A stretch of 64,000 bases of DNA from a virus, in IMG/VR virus record IMGVR_UViG_3300033994_001756, positions 64,001 to 128,000 of that record, one strand, 5' to 3'. Under the pieces are notes generated by a model. It did not search any database. It was not told the DNA's origin and saw only the letters and a program-made list of their open reading frames with translations. The position numbers and the translations under genes were made by a program. Shown piece after piece: positions 37,846-46,939 of this stretch; the first letter of the stretch is position 1, and each line of letters begins with the position of its first letter.

Positions 37846-38724
37846 ATGATTCGTTCACTTATCACTGCTGGTGTTGTTGCTACTACTGCGATTACTCCTG
37901 CCATGGCACAAGTCACTAGCGTTTCTCAGCTACGTGACGTTCAGCCTACTGAATGGTCCTATCAGGCTATCTCTAACCTAGTTTCACGTTACGGTTGTGT
38001 TGCTGGTTTCCCTGATGGCACTTTCCGTCCTGGTCAACCTGCAACTCGTGCTCAACTAGCTGCACTAACAAATGCATGTCTAGATCGTATCACTGAGTTT
38101 GAAACTGCTGCTGATGCACAACTAGCAGCCGCACTTCGTGCTGAGTTTGCTAAAGAACTAGGTGCTACTAATGCTCGTGTATCTGCACTAGAACTTGCAG
38201 TTGCACAAAAGGCTCAAGGTGTTGGTAACTATCTAGGTGCTGGTGTTCTACTGAACAAGCAAGGTGTTGCTGGTAATGGTTACACCGAAAACCGTACTGT
38301 ATCTGGTGCTACCATCCAAGGTCGTTATGCAGTAAAGACTTTCAGCAATCAGAATGCTGTTGCTGTTCGTCCTTATGCTAACCTAGTTGGTACTCCTGCT
38401 GGTCAGATTGGTGCAGGTGGCGGTGCTCTAGTGTCCTATGACTGGAGTATTTCTCGTGCTCCTTCTGGTGTAAGTCGTGCTAACATCTACACTGGTGTAG
38501 GTTATCAGATTCCTTTCGTAAACAATACTGATGCTAACTATCAGTCTGCTGTTGGCGAGAAGGGTCAGGTAGTTCTAGCTCTAGGTGTAGAGGGTCGTCT
38601 CACCAACTCTCTAGTTGGTTTTGCTGATCTCAAGTTCCCTACCACCAATGCTTCTAATAGCTATGGTGTTACTAACGGTACTTACTCACCTGTATTCACT
38701 ACGGGTCTGGGGTTCAAGTTCTGA
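37846..38724 (+). CDS. SLH-domain outer-membrane protein related to the cyanobacterial porin N-terminus
   Basis: Signal peptide; QVTSVSQLRDVQPTEWSYQA...YGCVAGFPDGTFR; beta-strand C-terminus ending in F. Confidence 0.85.
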   Translation: MIRSLITAGVVATTAITPAMAQVTSVSQLRDVQPTEWSYQAISNLVSRYGCVAGFPDGTFRPGQPATRAQLAALTNACLDRITEFETAADAQLAAALRAEFAKELGATNARVSALELAVAQKAQGVGNYLGAGVLLNKQGVAGNGYTENRTVSGATIQGRYAVKTFSNQNAVAVRPYANLVGTPAGQIGAGGGALVSYDWSISRAPSGVSRANIYTGVGYQIPFVNNTDANYQSAVGEKGQVVLALGVEGRLTNSLVGFADLKFPTTNASNSYGVTNGTYSPVFTTGLGFKF

Positions 38725-38796
38725 TTTTCTGACAATTGGGGGTTGACAAAACCCCCTGTTTCATATATACTAGTGCAACAATTCTTAATAATTTAA

Positions 38797-38991
38797 ATGA
38801 CTGTAACAAGTAATGACCGTGGGCAAATGAATATGTGGGCAAAAGAACCCACTATGTATTATGAAAACTACGGTATGGATACCCCCAATCAAGTAAAGGA
38901 AAAGTACAATGGGCGCTGGGCAATGGTCGGTTTTGTTTCTGGTCTTGTTTCTTATCTGGTCACAGGTAATTTCTTCTTCGGGGTCTTCTAA
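38797..38991 (+). CDS. hli: high-light inducible protein
   Basis: EKYNGRWAMVGF chlorophyll-binding motif; promoter TTGACA-17-TATACT at 38743-38771. Confidence 0.9.
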   Translation: MTVTSNDRGQMNMWAKEPTMYYENYGMDTPNQVKEKYNGRWAMVGFVSGLVSYLVTGNFFFGVF

Positions 38992-39078
38992 ATGACTGAA
39001 CTAATTTTCACTGTAACAAGCATTGTATTCTTTGTACTTCTTGCCCATTCTGTAAATCAACTTTCTAAAACATACTGA
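38992..39078 (+). CDS. 28-aa single-TM peptide, not in ORF track
   Basis: [28 protein letters not shown]; exactly fills the hli-petF gap with TGATG coupling. Confidence 0.6.
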   Translation: MTELIFTVTSIVFFVLLAHSVNQLSKTY

Positions 39079-39371
39079 TGGCTACTTACAACATTACACT
39101 TCAATCCCCCGATGGCACCGAAACTACCATTCAGTGTGCCGATGATCAATATATCCTTGAAGCGGCTGAAGAAGCTGGCGCTGATCTACCTTCCTCTTGT
39201 CGTGCTGGTGCTTGCTCTGCTTGTGCTGGTAAACTGATTAGTGGTACAGTAGACAACGAAGAACAATCATTCCTTGATGATGAACAAATTGAAGCAGGTT
39301 GGGTTCTAACTTGTGTAGCATATCCCACCAGTGATTGTGTTATTTTAACTGAACAAGAAGAAAACCTTTAA
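39078..39371 (+). CDS. petF: [2Fe-2S] plant-type ferredoxin
   Basis: [13 protein letters not shown]...VLTCVAYP. Confidence 0.97.
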   Translation: MATYNITLQSPDGTETTIQCADDQYILEAAEEAGADLPSSCRAGACSACAGKLISGTVDNEEQSFLDDEQIEAGWVLTCVAYPTSDCVILTEQEENL

Positions 39372-39386
39372 TTTAGGAGAACAACT

Positions 39387-39506
39387 ATGAAATTCGGTTT
39401 TACCCCTGAGGCAGAAATCCTCAATGCACGTCTAGCAATGCTTGGTTTTGTAATTGCAGTTGGCACTTACTTGACGACTGGGCAAATTATTCCTGGAATT
39501 CTTTGA
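39387..39506 (+). CDS. hli: high-light inducible protein (39 aa), not in ORF track
   Basis: SD AGGAGA; FGFTPEAEILNARLAMLGF...TGQIIPGIL. Confidence 0.92.
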   Translation: MKFGFTPEAEILNARLAMLGFVIAVGTYLTTGQIIPGIL

Positions 39507-39544
39507 ATTAAATAAATACAGGAGGTTCAATACCTCCTTTTTTT

Positions 39545-40177
39545 ATGTCTATAAAATTAACTGATGCAGCGAAGAACACCAAAGATTACATGCATCAAAT
39601 GGATGCATGGGAATACCTTCAGCAGAATACACCACCAAATGTTCTAGAAGAGTTTGCTAAAAGGTTTAGGAATCAATACGCACAGCCTAATACATCTGTA
39701 GTTCCTCTGTGTGGTGTAGATTTAATTAAGCAATTTGAAGGGTGTGTATTAAAGGCTTATTATGATCCACATACTGGAGGACTTCCTATCACTATTGGTT
39801 GGGGAAGTACCAAAGATATGAATGGAAATCCATTTAAGATTACTGATAAGATTACATTGCAACAAGCAGATCAACTTTTAGAATATCAAATTCGCAATCA
39901 ATTTCTACCACCACTCACTAAGATTCCATACTGGAATGAAATGAATGATGAGATGCGAGGAGCACTACTTTCATTTGCATATAATCTTGGTGCTAATTTC
40001 TATGGGTCAGATGGATTTGCTACCATCACCAAAACACTGAAAGAAAAGTCTTGGCACATGGTTCCAGAGGCACTATATCGCTACCGTAATCCAGGATCTA
40101 GCGTAGAGAAGGGTCTTGCACGTAGACGTAGAGCTGAGGGTGCATTATGGGATTCTGGATTATCTAAGATCAAATGA
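39545..40177 (+). CDS. GH24 lysozyme / endolysin with N-terminal accessory domain
   Basis: LIKQFEG...AYYD...TIGWGST...ALLSFAYNLG...GLARRRRAE. Confidence 0.9.
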   Translation: MSIKLTDAAKNTKDYMHQMDAWEYLQQNTPPNVLEEFAKRFRNQYAQPNTSVVPLCGVDLIKQFEGCVLKAYYDPHTGGLPITIGWGSTKDMNGNPFKITDKITLQQADQLLEYQIRNQFLPPLTKIPYWNEMNDEMRGALLSFAYNLGANFYGSDGFATITKTLKEKSWHMVPEALYRYRNPGSSVEKGLARRRRAEGALWDSGLSKIK

Positions 40178-40178
40178 T

Positions 40179-40289
40179 TTATTGTTTACTCTCTAAGTAG
40201 TCTAACATCATAATATAAACTATACAACATAGGGTTCCTAATAGAACTATTCCAAGTCCTATTGCAACTCCCCAGGGAAAATCATTCAT
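40179..40289 (-). CDS. 36-aa single-TM peptide, not in ORF track
   Basis: MNDFPWGVAIGLGIVLLGTLCCIVYIMMLDYLESKQ*; SD GAGG; overlaps the upstream minus-strand ORF. Confidence 0.6.
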   Translation of the reverse strand: MNDFPWGVAIGLGIVLLGTLCCIVYIMMLDYLESKQ

Positions 40290-40482
40290 GGTGTTCCTCT
40301 TTGTGAATCCAAGTTTTTAACTCATGCAGATATGTTCTTAACGTATCTGCTTTTTCTTTATGCCAAGGATCTCCAGTCTTTAGATATTCTCTTGTATGAT
40401 TATCTATAGCTTTTAGCATTTGATGGATTGGAGCATTCCAAGGCTCTCTAATTGGAGTGTTAAATGTCCTTCTCTCGTTCAT
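40282..40482 (-). CDS. conserved cyanophage hypothetical protein
   Basis: NTPIREPWNAPIH..LKAIDNH...LKTWIH. Confidence 0.75.
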   Translation of the reverse strand: MNERRTFNTPIREPWNAPIHQMLKAIDNHTREYLKTGDPWHKEKADTLRTYLHELKTWIHKEEHHE

Positions 40483-40515
40483 GAGAACAGTTTATATGTA
40501 TTTAGGCTAGCCCCC

Positions 40516-40549
40516 TTGACAAGTCACCAAACCTGTGGTACTATAAATA
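40516..40549 (+). promoter_or_regulatory. overlapping sigma70 and late promoters of psbA
   Basis: TTGACA-17-TACTAT overlapping TATAAATA (40542-40549). Confidence 0.75.
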
Positions 40550-40612
40550 GGTCGAAGGGACGTTACGTTTCTTCACATACTTTTTAATAAACCTTTACGT
40601 TCTTTTAAAACT

Positions 40613-41692
40613 ATGACTGCATCCATCGCTCAACAGCGTGGAAGTAACACTTGGGACCAATTCTGTGAGTGGGTAACTTCTACCGAAAACCGTCTTTATG
40701 TCGGTTGGTTTGGAACTCTAATGATTCCAACCCTTCTCGCTGCTACTATTTGTTTCATTGTTGCTTTCGTTGCTGCTCCTCCTGTCGATATCGACGGTAT
40801 TCGTGAACCTGTAGCTGGTTCACTCATGTATGGAAACAACATCATCTCTGGTGCTGTTGTTCCTTCAAGCAATGCTATCGGTCTACACTTCTATCCCATC
40901 TGGGAAGCAAACTCACTCGATGAGTGGCTATATAATGGTGGACCATTCCAACTGGTCGTCTTCCATTTTCTAATCGGTATCTATGCTTACATGGGTCGTG
41001 AGTGGGAACTTTCCTACCGTCTGGGTATGCGTCCTTGGATCTGCGTTGCTTATAGTGCTCCTGTTGCCGCCGCTTCTGCAGTTTTCCTTGTCTATCCTTT
41101 CGGTCAAGGTTCCTTCAGTGATGCAATGCCTCTCGGAATCTCAGGCACCTTCAACTACATGCTCGTCTTCCAAGCAGAACACAACATTCTCATGCATCCT
41201 TTCCATATGCTCGGTGTGGCTGGGGTATTTGGTGGCAGTCTCTTTAGTGCTATGCACGGAAGTCTGGTTACGTCTTCACTCGTTCGTGAAACAACTGAAA
41301 ACGAATCACAAAACTATGGATACAAGTTCGGACAAGAAGAAGAAACCTACAACATCGTTGCAGCCCACGGTTACTTCGGACGACTCATCTTCCAATACGC
41401 CTCATTCAACAACTCTCGCAGTCTTCATTTCTTCCTGGCTGCTTGGCCTGTTGTTGGTATTTGGTTCGCTGCTCTGGGAGTTAGCACGATGGCCTTCAAC
41501 CTAAACGGTTTCAACTTCAACCAGTCTATCCAGGATAGTCAGGGACATGTGATTAACACTTGGGCAGACATCCTGAACCGTGGTGGTCTTGGAATGGAAG
41601 TGATGCACGAGCGTAACGCTCACAACTTCCCTCTAGACCTTGCATCCGTTCAGACCACTCCTGTGGCCCTGACCGCCCCTGCAATCGGTTGA
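40613..41692 (+). CDS. psbA: photosystem II D1 protein
   Basis: [10 protein letters not shown]...[13 protein letters not shown]; uninterrupted, Glu130. Confidence 0.99.
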   Translation: MTASIAQQRGSNTWDQFCEWVTSTENRLYVGWFGTLMIPTLLAATICFIVAFVAAPPVDIDGIREPVAGSLMYGNNIISGAVVPSSNAIGLHFYPIWEANSLDEWLYNGGPFQLVVFHFLIGIYAYMGREWELSYRLGMRPWICVAYSAPVAAASAVFLVYPFGQGSFSDAMPLGISGTFNYMLVFQAEHNILMHPFHMLGVAGVFGGSLFSAMHGSLVTSSLVRETTENESQNYGYKFGQEEETYNIVAAHGYFGRLIFQYASFNNSRSLHFFLAAWPVVGIWFAALGVSTMAFNLNGFNFNQSIQDSQGHVINTWADILNRGGLGMEVMHERNAHNFPLDLASVQTTPVALTAPAIG

Positions 41693-41719
41693 CAAGCACT
41701 CTCTAACGTGCTATGATAT

Positions 41720-41743
41720 GGGAGCCTCTAGAGGCTCCTTTTT
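41720..41743 (+). terminator. intrinsic terminator after psbA
   Basis: GGAGCCTC-TA-GAGGCTCC then T-tract. Confidence 0.8.
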
Positions 41744-41755
41744 CATGAGTAAACT

Positions 41756-41986
41756 ATGGAAGACCAAATTATTGATGTAGAATCTGTTGAAGTTTCAGAA
41801 GAAGAAACCGTATTAACTCCAGAACTTAGTCTGAATGAAGACAAAATCAAAAGTCCTGCAGAAATTCAAAGGGATCTACAGCAACTAAAACAACTTAATA
41901 AGCAACTTAAAAAAATTAAACGCTACATGAAGAGTCCAATCTATACTGTACGTCAGATGGACGCAAGAACTCAATCTAATCTTTGA
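41756..41986 (+). CDS. hypothetical protein
   Basis: 76-aa ORF, acidic N-terminus and basic C-terminus. Confidence 0.6.
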   Translation: MEDQIIDVESVEVSEEETVLTPELSLNEDKIKSPAEIQRDLQQLKQLNKQLKKIKRYMKSPIYTVRQMDARTQSNL

Positions 41987-42040
41987 TATATAATATGTAA
42001 CCTTTTAAAAGTATAAATAATACCAGTATACTATACAGGT

Positions 42041-42427
42041 ATGTTTGATAATCTTCCTCCAGTAGCTCAAGGAACTATAGGATTATCCTATGCTATTGCA
42101 TATTTGACAAAAAAAGGTTACAATGTTTCAGTTCCTCTAGTAGATAATCAAAGTTATGATTTAGTGTGTGAGATTGATGGCAACTTAAAAAAAGTTCAAG
42201 TTAAATCTACACGAACTAAAGAAAATTCAAATTATTGTATTCAGTTAAGATCTATTAGATCTAATAGAACAGAAAATACAATTCATAAATTTGACAATAA
42301 TTCTTGCGATTATCTACTAGCAGTTACTGAAGTTGGAGATATATACTTTATACCAACTTCAGAAATTAAATCAAAATCTACTTTATCTTTAGGTGAAAAA
42401 TATCAATCATTTAAAGATAAACTTTAA
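42041..42427 (+). mobile_element. free-standing PD-(D/E)XK homing endonuclease (I-Ssp6803I-like)
   Basis: GTIG...YLTKKGYNVSVPLVDNQSYDLV...KVQVKS; late promoter TATAAATA at 42012. Confidence 0.82.
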
Positions 42428-42510
42428 GGAGAATAGCACCGATGGTCGGTAAATCGTCTTGAAAACGATGCCAGGTTAATAGCCTGATAGTTCGATTCTA
42501 TTATTCTCCG
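42428..42510 (+). tRNA. tRNA-Ser(TGA)
   Basis: GGAGAAT/ATTCTCC acceptor, ATCGT-CTTGAAA-ACGAT, long variable arm, G73. Confidence 0.85.
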
Positions 42511-42527
42511 CTGTCCGTTATTATTTT

Positions 42528-42683
42528 ATGAACGAACAATTCTACAAAGAATTTTATGAACGGATCCAACACAGCATACAGATTTCAATTAAACATGGGC
42601 ATAATGAATATGCTCTTGGATTAAAAAAATCTGTTATGATTGTCAACGAATTAAAACACAAATATCACCCTGAGACTAAATAG
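42528..42683 (+). CDS. small hypothetical protein (51 aa), not in ORF track
   Basis: MNEQFYKEFYERIQHSIQ...HPETK*. Confidence 0.55.
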   Translation: MNEQFYKEFYERIQHSIQISIKHGHNEYALGLKKSVMIVNELKHKYHPETK

Positions 42684-42706
42684 TATCACTATTGATCGGG
42701 GTGGCT

Positions 42707-42913
42707 ATGAAACAGTGTCCTGCATGTGGGGTAGTTATTGAAGACGGTGTTGCTAAGTTTTCCTTTGGGAAGCCTGGAGATCTAGAATACTTGGCAAAAC
42801 GAGTGTGTCAATATCGTAAAGTAGATTCTCCATGTGCCAACCCATGCTATGATGAAGAAGCAAACTACCCGCCAGGATATGATGAAAACCCTTATTTTAA
42901 TTTACCATCATGA
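42707..42913 (+). CDS. small Cys-rich protein
   Basis: MKQCPACG...RVCQY...CANPC. Confidence 0.65.
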   Translation: MKQCPACGVVIEDGVAKFSFGKPGDLEYLAKRVCQYRKVDSPCANPCYDEEANYPPGYDENPYFNLPS

Positions 42914-43095
42914 CTACTGAAAATGAACAGATTGAAATTGAACTAGATGATAAGACTGCCGCTATTGCTCACATCTTGGCAGAAGAAAAAGGTATCTCAG
43001 TAGACCAATTTATTACCGAGCTTCTAACAGAAGCCATGGAAAATGGTTACTTTGATCGACCAGAAAATGTCACTACCGATGATCCACTAGTATAA
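42910..43095 (+). CDS. small protein, possible ribbon-helix-helix
   Basis: IEIELDD...LAEEKGISVDQFITELL. Confidence 0.6.
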   Translation: MTTENEQIEIELDDKTAAIAHILAEEKGISVDQFITELLTEAMENGYFDRPENVTTDDPLV

Positions 43096-43250
43096 TGCAA
43101 CTATACTTTCTTTTATTTGTAATGGTAGTTACTTATGTTTGTGTTAGCGATCCAAATGTATTGGATTGGATTTCCATAAAGATAAATCATTTTCTAGTAT
43201 ATTTGCAATTACGATATATCAAATTCAAGTGGATGTTCAAGAAATTTTAA
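43095..43250 (+). CDS. small membrane protein (51 aa), not in ORF track
   Basis: TAATG coupling; hydrophobic N-terminus. Confidence 0.5.
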   Translation: MQLYFLLFVMVVTYVCVSDPNVLDWISIKINHFLVYLQLRYIKFKWMFKKF

Positions 43251-43263
43251 TTCTTCGGAGGGC

Positions 43264-43292
43264 TTGACAGCCCTCCTTTTTTCTGGTATACT
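43264..43292 (+). promoter_or_regulatory. sigma70-type promoter overlapping a terminator hairpin
   Basis: TTGACA-17-TATACT; GGAGGGCT/AGCCCTCC stem. Confidence 0.7.
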
Positions 43293-43313
43293 ACGGAGGC
43301 AAGTCAAGGTCCT

Positions 43314-43550
43314 ATGCAAGTCACTATTTACAGCAAAGAAAATTGTCCGTATTGCGAAAAAATCAAACAAGTTTTTGGATTACTTGAAGTTCAATTTGTT
43401 GAATACAAACTAGATACTGATTTTACCAGAGAGAACTTTATTCAGGAGTTTGGAGAAGGTTCTACATTTCCACGAGTTGTTATTGGCGATAAGCTAATTG
43501 GTGGAGCTTCTGATACTATTGAATACCTAAAGGAAAACAACCTACTATGA
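43314..43550 (+). CDS. nrdC: glutaredoxin
   Basis: CPYC, TFPRV, IGG. Confidence 0.92.
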   Translation: MQVTIYSKENCPYCEKIKQVFGLLEVQFVEYKLDTDFTRENFIQEFGEGSTFPRVVIGDKLIGGASDTIEYLKENNLL

Positions 43551-44248
43551 GTGAGATCGCAGCTTTTATTGACACAGTTATTGATAGCTTTGTCGTAACC
43601 CGTAAAAAACCAAAAGCCAGCTTTACTCAATTTCTAAAGTCTCAAGACATTGATCGTAGGACTATCAATGATTTTGTAGATAACAAACTCAATTTTATTA
43701 CAGATCAAATTGAGGAACTATCTATTGCATTAGATGGTGATGATGAAGTAGTCAAAGAAGGTTATGGTAACTTCCGTCGTCCAGAGCTTCGTGATTTCAA
43801 AGAACTTCTTAATCAGATTGTAGATGATCTGTATGCATATAAAAGTGCCAAAAAGATTACTCGTAAGAAGCGTCGAGTTACGCCAGAAAAACTGGTTAAA
43901 CTCGTCACATTATACGACAAAGAACTTGTCTTTGGAACTGATGTCTATAAGCCACAATCTCCTACAGAAATCATCGGCTCAAAACATGTTTTCCTCTATA
44001 ATGTAGAGAAGCGAGAATTATGTTATTATACTGGACGATCTTTATCAGTTCGACGTACTATGGTAGATGGGTTTGATCCCGACAAATCTTGGGTACGAAC
44101 TCTCAGGAAACCAGAAGAGTTTCTATCTGAAGTACTATCAGCTAGCAAATTTAATGTAGAGAATATTGGTAGTCATCTAACTACCAAACCAAAAACTCCA
44201 ACTGGACGAATGACATCCAAGCACATTCTAATCAAGGTCATTACATGA
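43547..44248 (+). CDS. conserved T4-like hypothetical protein
   Basis: EGY...PTEIIGS...LYN...RTLRKPEE...TGR. Confidence 0.75.
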   Translation: MSEIAAFIDTVIDSFVVTRKKPKASFTQFLKSQDIDRRTINDFVDNKLNFITDQIEELSIALDGDDEVVKEGYGNFRRPELRDFKELLNQIVDDLYAYKSAKKITRKKRRVTPEKLVKLVTLYDKELVFGTDVYKPQSPTEIIGSKHVFLYNVEKRELCYYTGRSLSVRRTMVDGFDPDKSWVRTLRKPEEFLSEVLSASKFNVENIGSHLTTKPKTPTGRMTSKHILIKVIT

Positions 44249-44403
44249 GCGAAAAGTTACTAAATAAAAATGTAAGAGCAATGATAAGTGGGAGGAAAAA
44301 AGACTTGCAAAAGCCTGACTTCCACTTCGATAAATTAGTTTCCATATTCAAGAGAAACTATAGAGTGGAAGTTAAGATCTTCGTAGAAGAAACACAAGAC
44401 TAA
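44245..44403 (+). CDS. small hypothetical protein (52 aa), not in ORF track
   Basis: ATGA overlap; MSEKLLNKNVRAM...FKRNYRVEVKI. Confidence 0.55.
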   Translation: MSEKLLNKNVRAMISGRKKDLQKPDFHFDKLVSIFKRNYRVEVKIFVEETQD

Positions 44404-44423
44404 AACTCTAAAGGAAAAGAACC

Positions 44424-44657
44424 ATGGGCAATCTATTACTTTTGCTTACTGTATTTGCAGTAGGATTCGTTTTAATAGGATTATCATTCTTAATTGGTAT
44501 GGTTTTTGGATGGTTCGCAAACGAATATTTCAATCCAGTCTCAGCTCATGCAACTGGGCATCCAGAAATGTATGATGAGAATGGAAACTATATTACCGAG
44601 GAATTAATTGCTGTACGTTTTGAGGAAGAAGACGACGAGGACGACGAAGAGGATTAA
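44424..44657 (+). CDS. conserved membrane protein with acidic tail
   Basis: TM helix, HPEMYDENGN...LIAVRFE. Confidence 0.75.
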   Translation: MGNLLLLLTVFAVGFVLIGLSFLIGMVFGWFANEYFNPVSAHATGHPEMYDENGNYITEELIAVRFEEEDDEDDEED

Positions 44658-44660
44658 TTT

Positions 44661-45542
44661 ATGATACTGGTTGATATGAATCAGTGCATGATTAGTAATT
44701 TGATGATGCAAACTAGACTGAGTGACGGACTAGATGAAAATATGGTCCGTCACATGGTACTTACATCTCTCAAATCATACAAAAAAAAATTTCATGCCGA
44801 GTATGGCAACTTAGTTCTTTGTTACGATAGCAAGCACTATTGGAGGAAAGAAATTTTTCCATACTATAAACAAAACCGAAAAAAAGATAGAGAGAAATCT
44901 TTATTTGATTGGTCTCAGATCTTTGAAATCTTGAATAAAATTCGAGATGAAATTCGAGATAACTTTCCATATATTGTAATGGAAATTTATGGAGCTGAGG
45001 CAGATGATATTATTGCCACTCTATCAAAACATGTTACAGTCCACAACATCAAAAAGCAAAAAGAAAATTTAAAGACTGAAAAGGTCTTAATTTTATCAGG
45101 CGATAAAGACTTCATTCAATTATCGAAGTATCCCTGTGTAACTCAATATAATCCTGTTCAAAAGAAGTATGTAAATGATGGGATAGATCCCAAATTATAC
45201 ATCAAAGAACATGTGATCAAAGGTGATAGGTCAGATGGTATTCCAAATTTTCTATCTGAATCAGATACCTTTGTTTCTGGTAAAAGGCAGAAACCCATTA
45301 GCAAGAAGAATATTGCAAAATGGATTACTGCAGAACCAGAAAGTTATTGCAATGAACAACAGTTAATTAACTATCATCGCAATCAAAAACTTATAGACCT
45401 AGCCTGTATCCCATCTGAAATAGAGGATAAAATTATCACTGAGTACAACTTGTTAAATAGTAGTACACCAAATAAAATTTCAATGAACTACTTCATTGAA
45501 AACAGGTTAATAACATTATTAAATGAATTGGAGGATTTTTAA
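44661..45542 (+). CDS. rnh: T4-type RNase H (5'-3' exonuclease)
   Basis: ILVDMNQ, YWRK, EADDII, SGDKDFIQL, GDRSDGIPN. Confidence 0.93.
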   Translation: MILVDMNQCMISNLMMQTRLSDGLDENMVRHMVLTSLKSYKKKFHAEYGNLVLCYDSKHYWRKEIFPYYKQNRKKDREKSLFDWSQIFEILNKIRDEIRDNFPYIVMEIYGAEADDIIATLSKHVTVHNIKKQKENLKTEKVLILSGDKDFIQLSKYPCVTQYNPVQKKYVNDGIDPKLYIKEHVIKGDRSDGIPNFLSESDTFVSGKRQKPISKKNIAKWITAEPESYCNEQQLINYHRNQKLIDLACIPSEIEDKIITEYNLLNSSTPNKISMNYFIENRLITLLNELEDF

Positions 45543-45545
45543 CTC

Positions 45546-45998
45546 ATGGCTGAACTACCAGTAGAAAGACTTCTGATTTCGGAAGTTCTACAAAAAGTAT
45601 CTAATGCAAAAACAAAAAAAGAAAAGATTGAACTACTACGTAAGTATAAAAGCGCAGCACTTCAATCAATTTTAATTTGGAACTTTGATGACAGTGTAAT
45701 TACTCTTTTACCAGAAGGTGAAGTTCCGTACACTCCAAACGAAGCTCCAGTAGATACAGAGCACACTCGACTACTACATGAATATCGAATTCTGTATAAC
45801 TTTGTAAAGGGCGGAAACGATGGTCTTGCAAACAACAAACGAGAGACCATGTTTATTCAATTACTAGAAAGTCTTCATCAAGATGAAGCTAAAGTTCTTT
45901 GTATGGTAAAGGACAAAACCCTAGGTAAAAAATATAAGATTACTAAAGCTTGTATTGAAGAAGCCTATCCTGAAATTAAGTGGGGCAATAGGTCGTGA
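45546..45998 (+). CDS. conserved T4-like hypothetical protein
   Basis: LPEGEVPY...FVKGGN...RETMFIQLLESLH. Confidence 0.8.
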   Translation: MAELPVERLLISEVLQKVSNAKTKKEKIELLRKYKSAALQSILIWNFDDSVITLLPEGEVPYTPNEAPVDTEHTRLLHEYRILYNFVKGGNDGLANNKRETMFIQLLESLHQDEAKVLCMVKDKTLGKKYKITKACIEEAYPEIKWGNRS

Positions 45999-45999
45999 C

Positions 46000-46257
46000 A
46001 TGTGTAAAATCGTACATCAAGATTGCAGCAGAGATTTAGCAAAGGATAAAACACTACCATTAAATTCATACCTAGTCACCTATGAGGTTGACAACCAGAC
46101 AAGGTATGATATAATAGTGTGTAACAAGCGGGCTCAGATCTTTGATATGTACTGGGACAAGTACCGTGAAGGTCTGAAAGACATCCGCTGGACCGATGGC
46201 AAGGTCAACCCCAAACTATGGGGAGTTCAACCAAAGGAACCCAAAAAGAAAAAGTAA
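46000..46257 (+). CDS. conserved cyanophage hypothetical protein
   Basis: LPLNSYLVTY...IFDMYWDKY...GKVNPKLWG. Confidence 0.75.
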   Translation: MCKIVHQDCSRDLAKDKTLPLNSYLVTYEVDNQTRYDIIVCNKRAQIFDMYWDKYREGLKDIRWTDGKVNPKLWGVQPKEPKKKK

Positions 46258-46259
46258 CT

Positions 46260-46922
46260 ATGAGCAATGTTTTTTTGATTTCGTTAAGTCAAGGTGCTGG
46301 AAAACTAGAAGGTAAGACAGCCCAAGAAGTGATTACTTATACTGCTCGTGTAAGTAATCCAGCAAACCAAGAAAAGTTTGATACTGCTGCTGGACTTCTT
46401 CGATACTGCATTCGTGAAAATCATTGGAGTATCTTTGAACAAGCTGATATGACTCTGGAGATTAATACTACCAGAGGAATCGCGGCTCAAGTGCTTCGTC
46501 ACCGTTCATTTACATATCAAGAATTTTCACAGCGATATGCTGATACGAAACTTCTCACTGATAGACCATCAGTTCCAGATCTTCGCCGTCAGGATACCAA
46601 GAATCGCCAGAACTCAATTGATGACTTTGGTGATTATGTGAAGCTAAAAATGCAAGGTGAAATTCAAGAACATTTTGAGAAGAGTCAACAACTATATGAT
46701 TCTCTTCTCAAACAGGGTGTGGCAAAGGAATGTGCAAGGTTTGTGCTTCCTCTAGCCACCCCAACAAGGATTTACATGAAGGGCTCAGCCAGGTCATGGA
46801 TTCATTATATCAATCTACGATCTTCAAATGGAACCCAAAAGGAACATATGGATATCGCAAATGAATGTAAAGATATCTTTAAGACCTGCTTCCCTGATAT
46901 TGCAGAAGCACTAGACTGGTAA
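46260..46922 (+). CDS. thyX: flavin-dependent thymidylate synthase
   Basis: HWSIFE, RHRSFTYQEFSQRY ThyX motif. Confidence 0.95.
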   Translation: MSNVFLISLSQGAGKLEGKTAQEVITYTARVSNPANQEKFDTAAGLLRYCIRENHWSIFEQADMTLEINTTRGIAAQVLRHRSFTYQEFSQRYADTKLLTDRPSVPDLRRQDTKNRQNSIDDFGDYVKLKMQGEIQEHFEKSQQLYDSLLKQGVAKECARFVLPLATPTRIYMKGSARSWIHYINLRSSNGTQKEHMDIANECKDIFKTCFPDIAEALDW

Positions 46923-46939
46923 TGTGAAATTTCTTTGTT

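Noticed and set aside
40550-40612. PhotoRC-type RNA upstream of psbA
   Set aside because: Leader is short and U-rich; I could not support the motif by eye.
40613-41692. Group I intron in psbA, or inteins in g43, g41, nrdA, nrdB
   Set aside because: All are continuous and of normal length.
42428-42510. Possible selenocysteine or opal-suppressor tRNA
   Set aside because: Anticodon is TGA (reads UCA, Ser), not TCA, and the acceptor stem is 7 bp.
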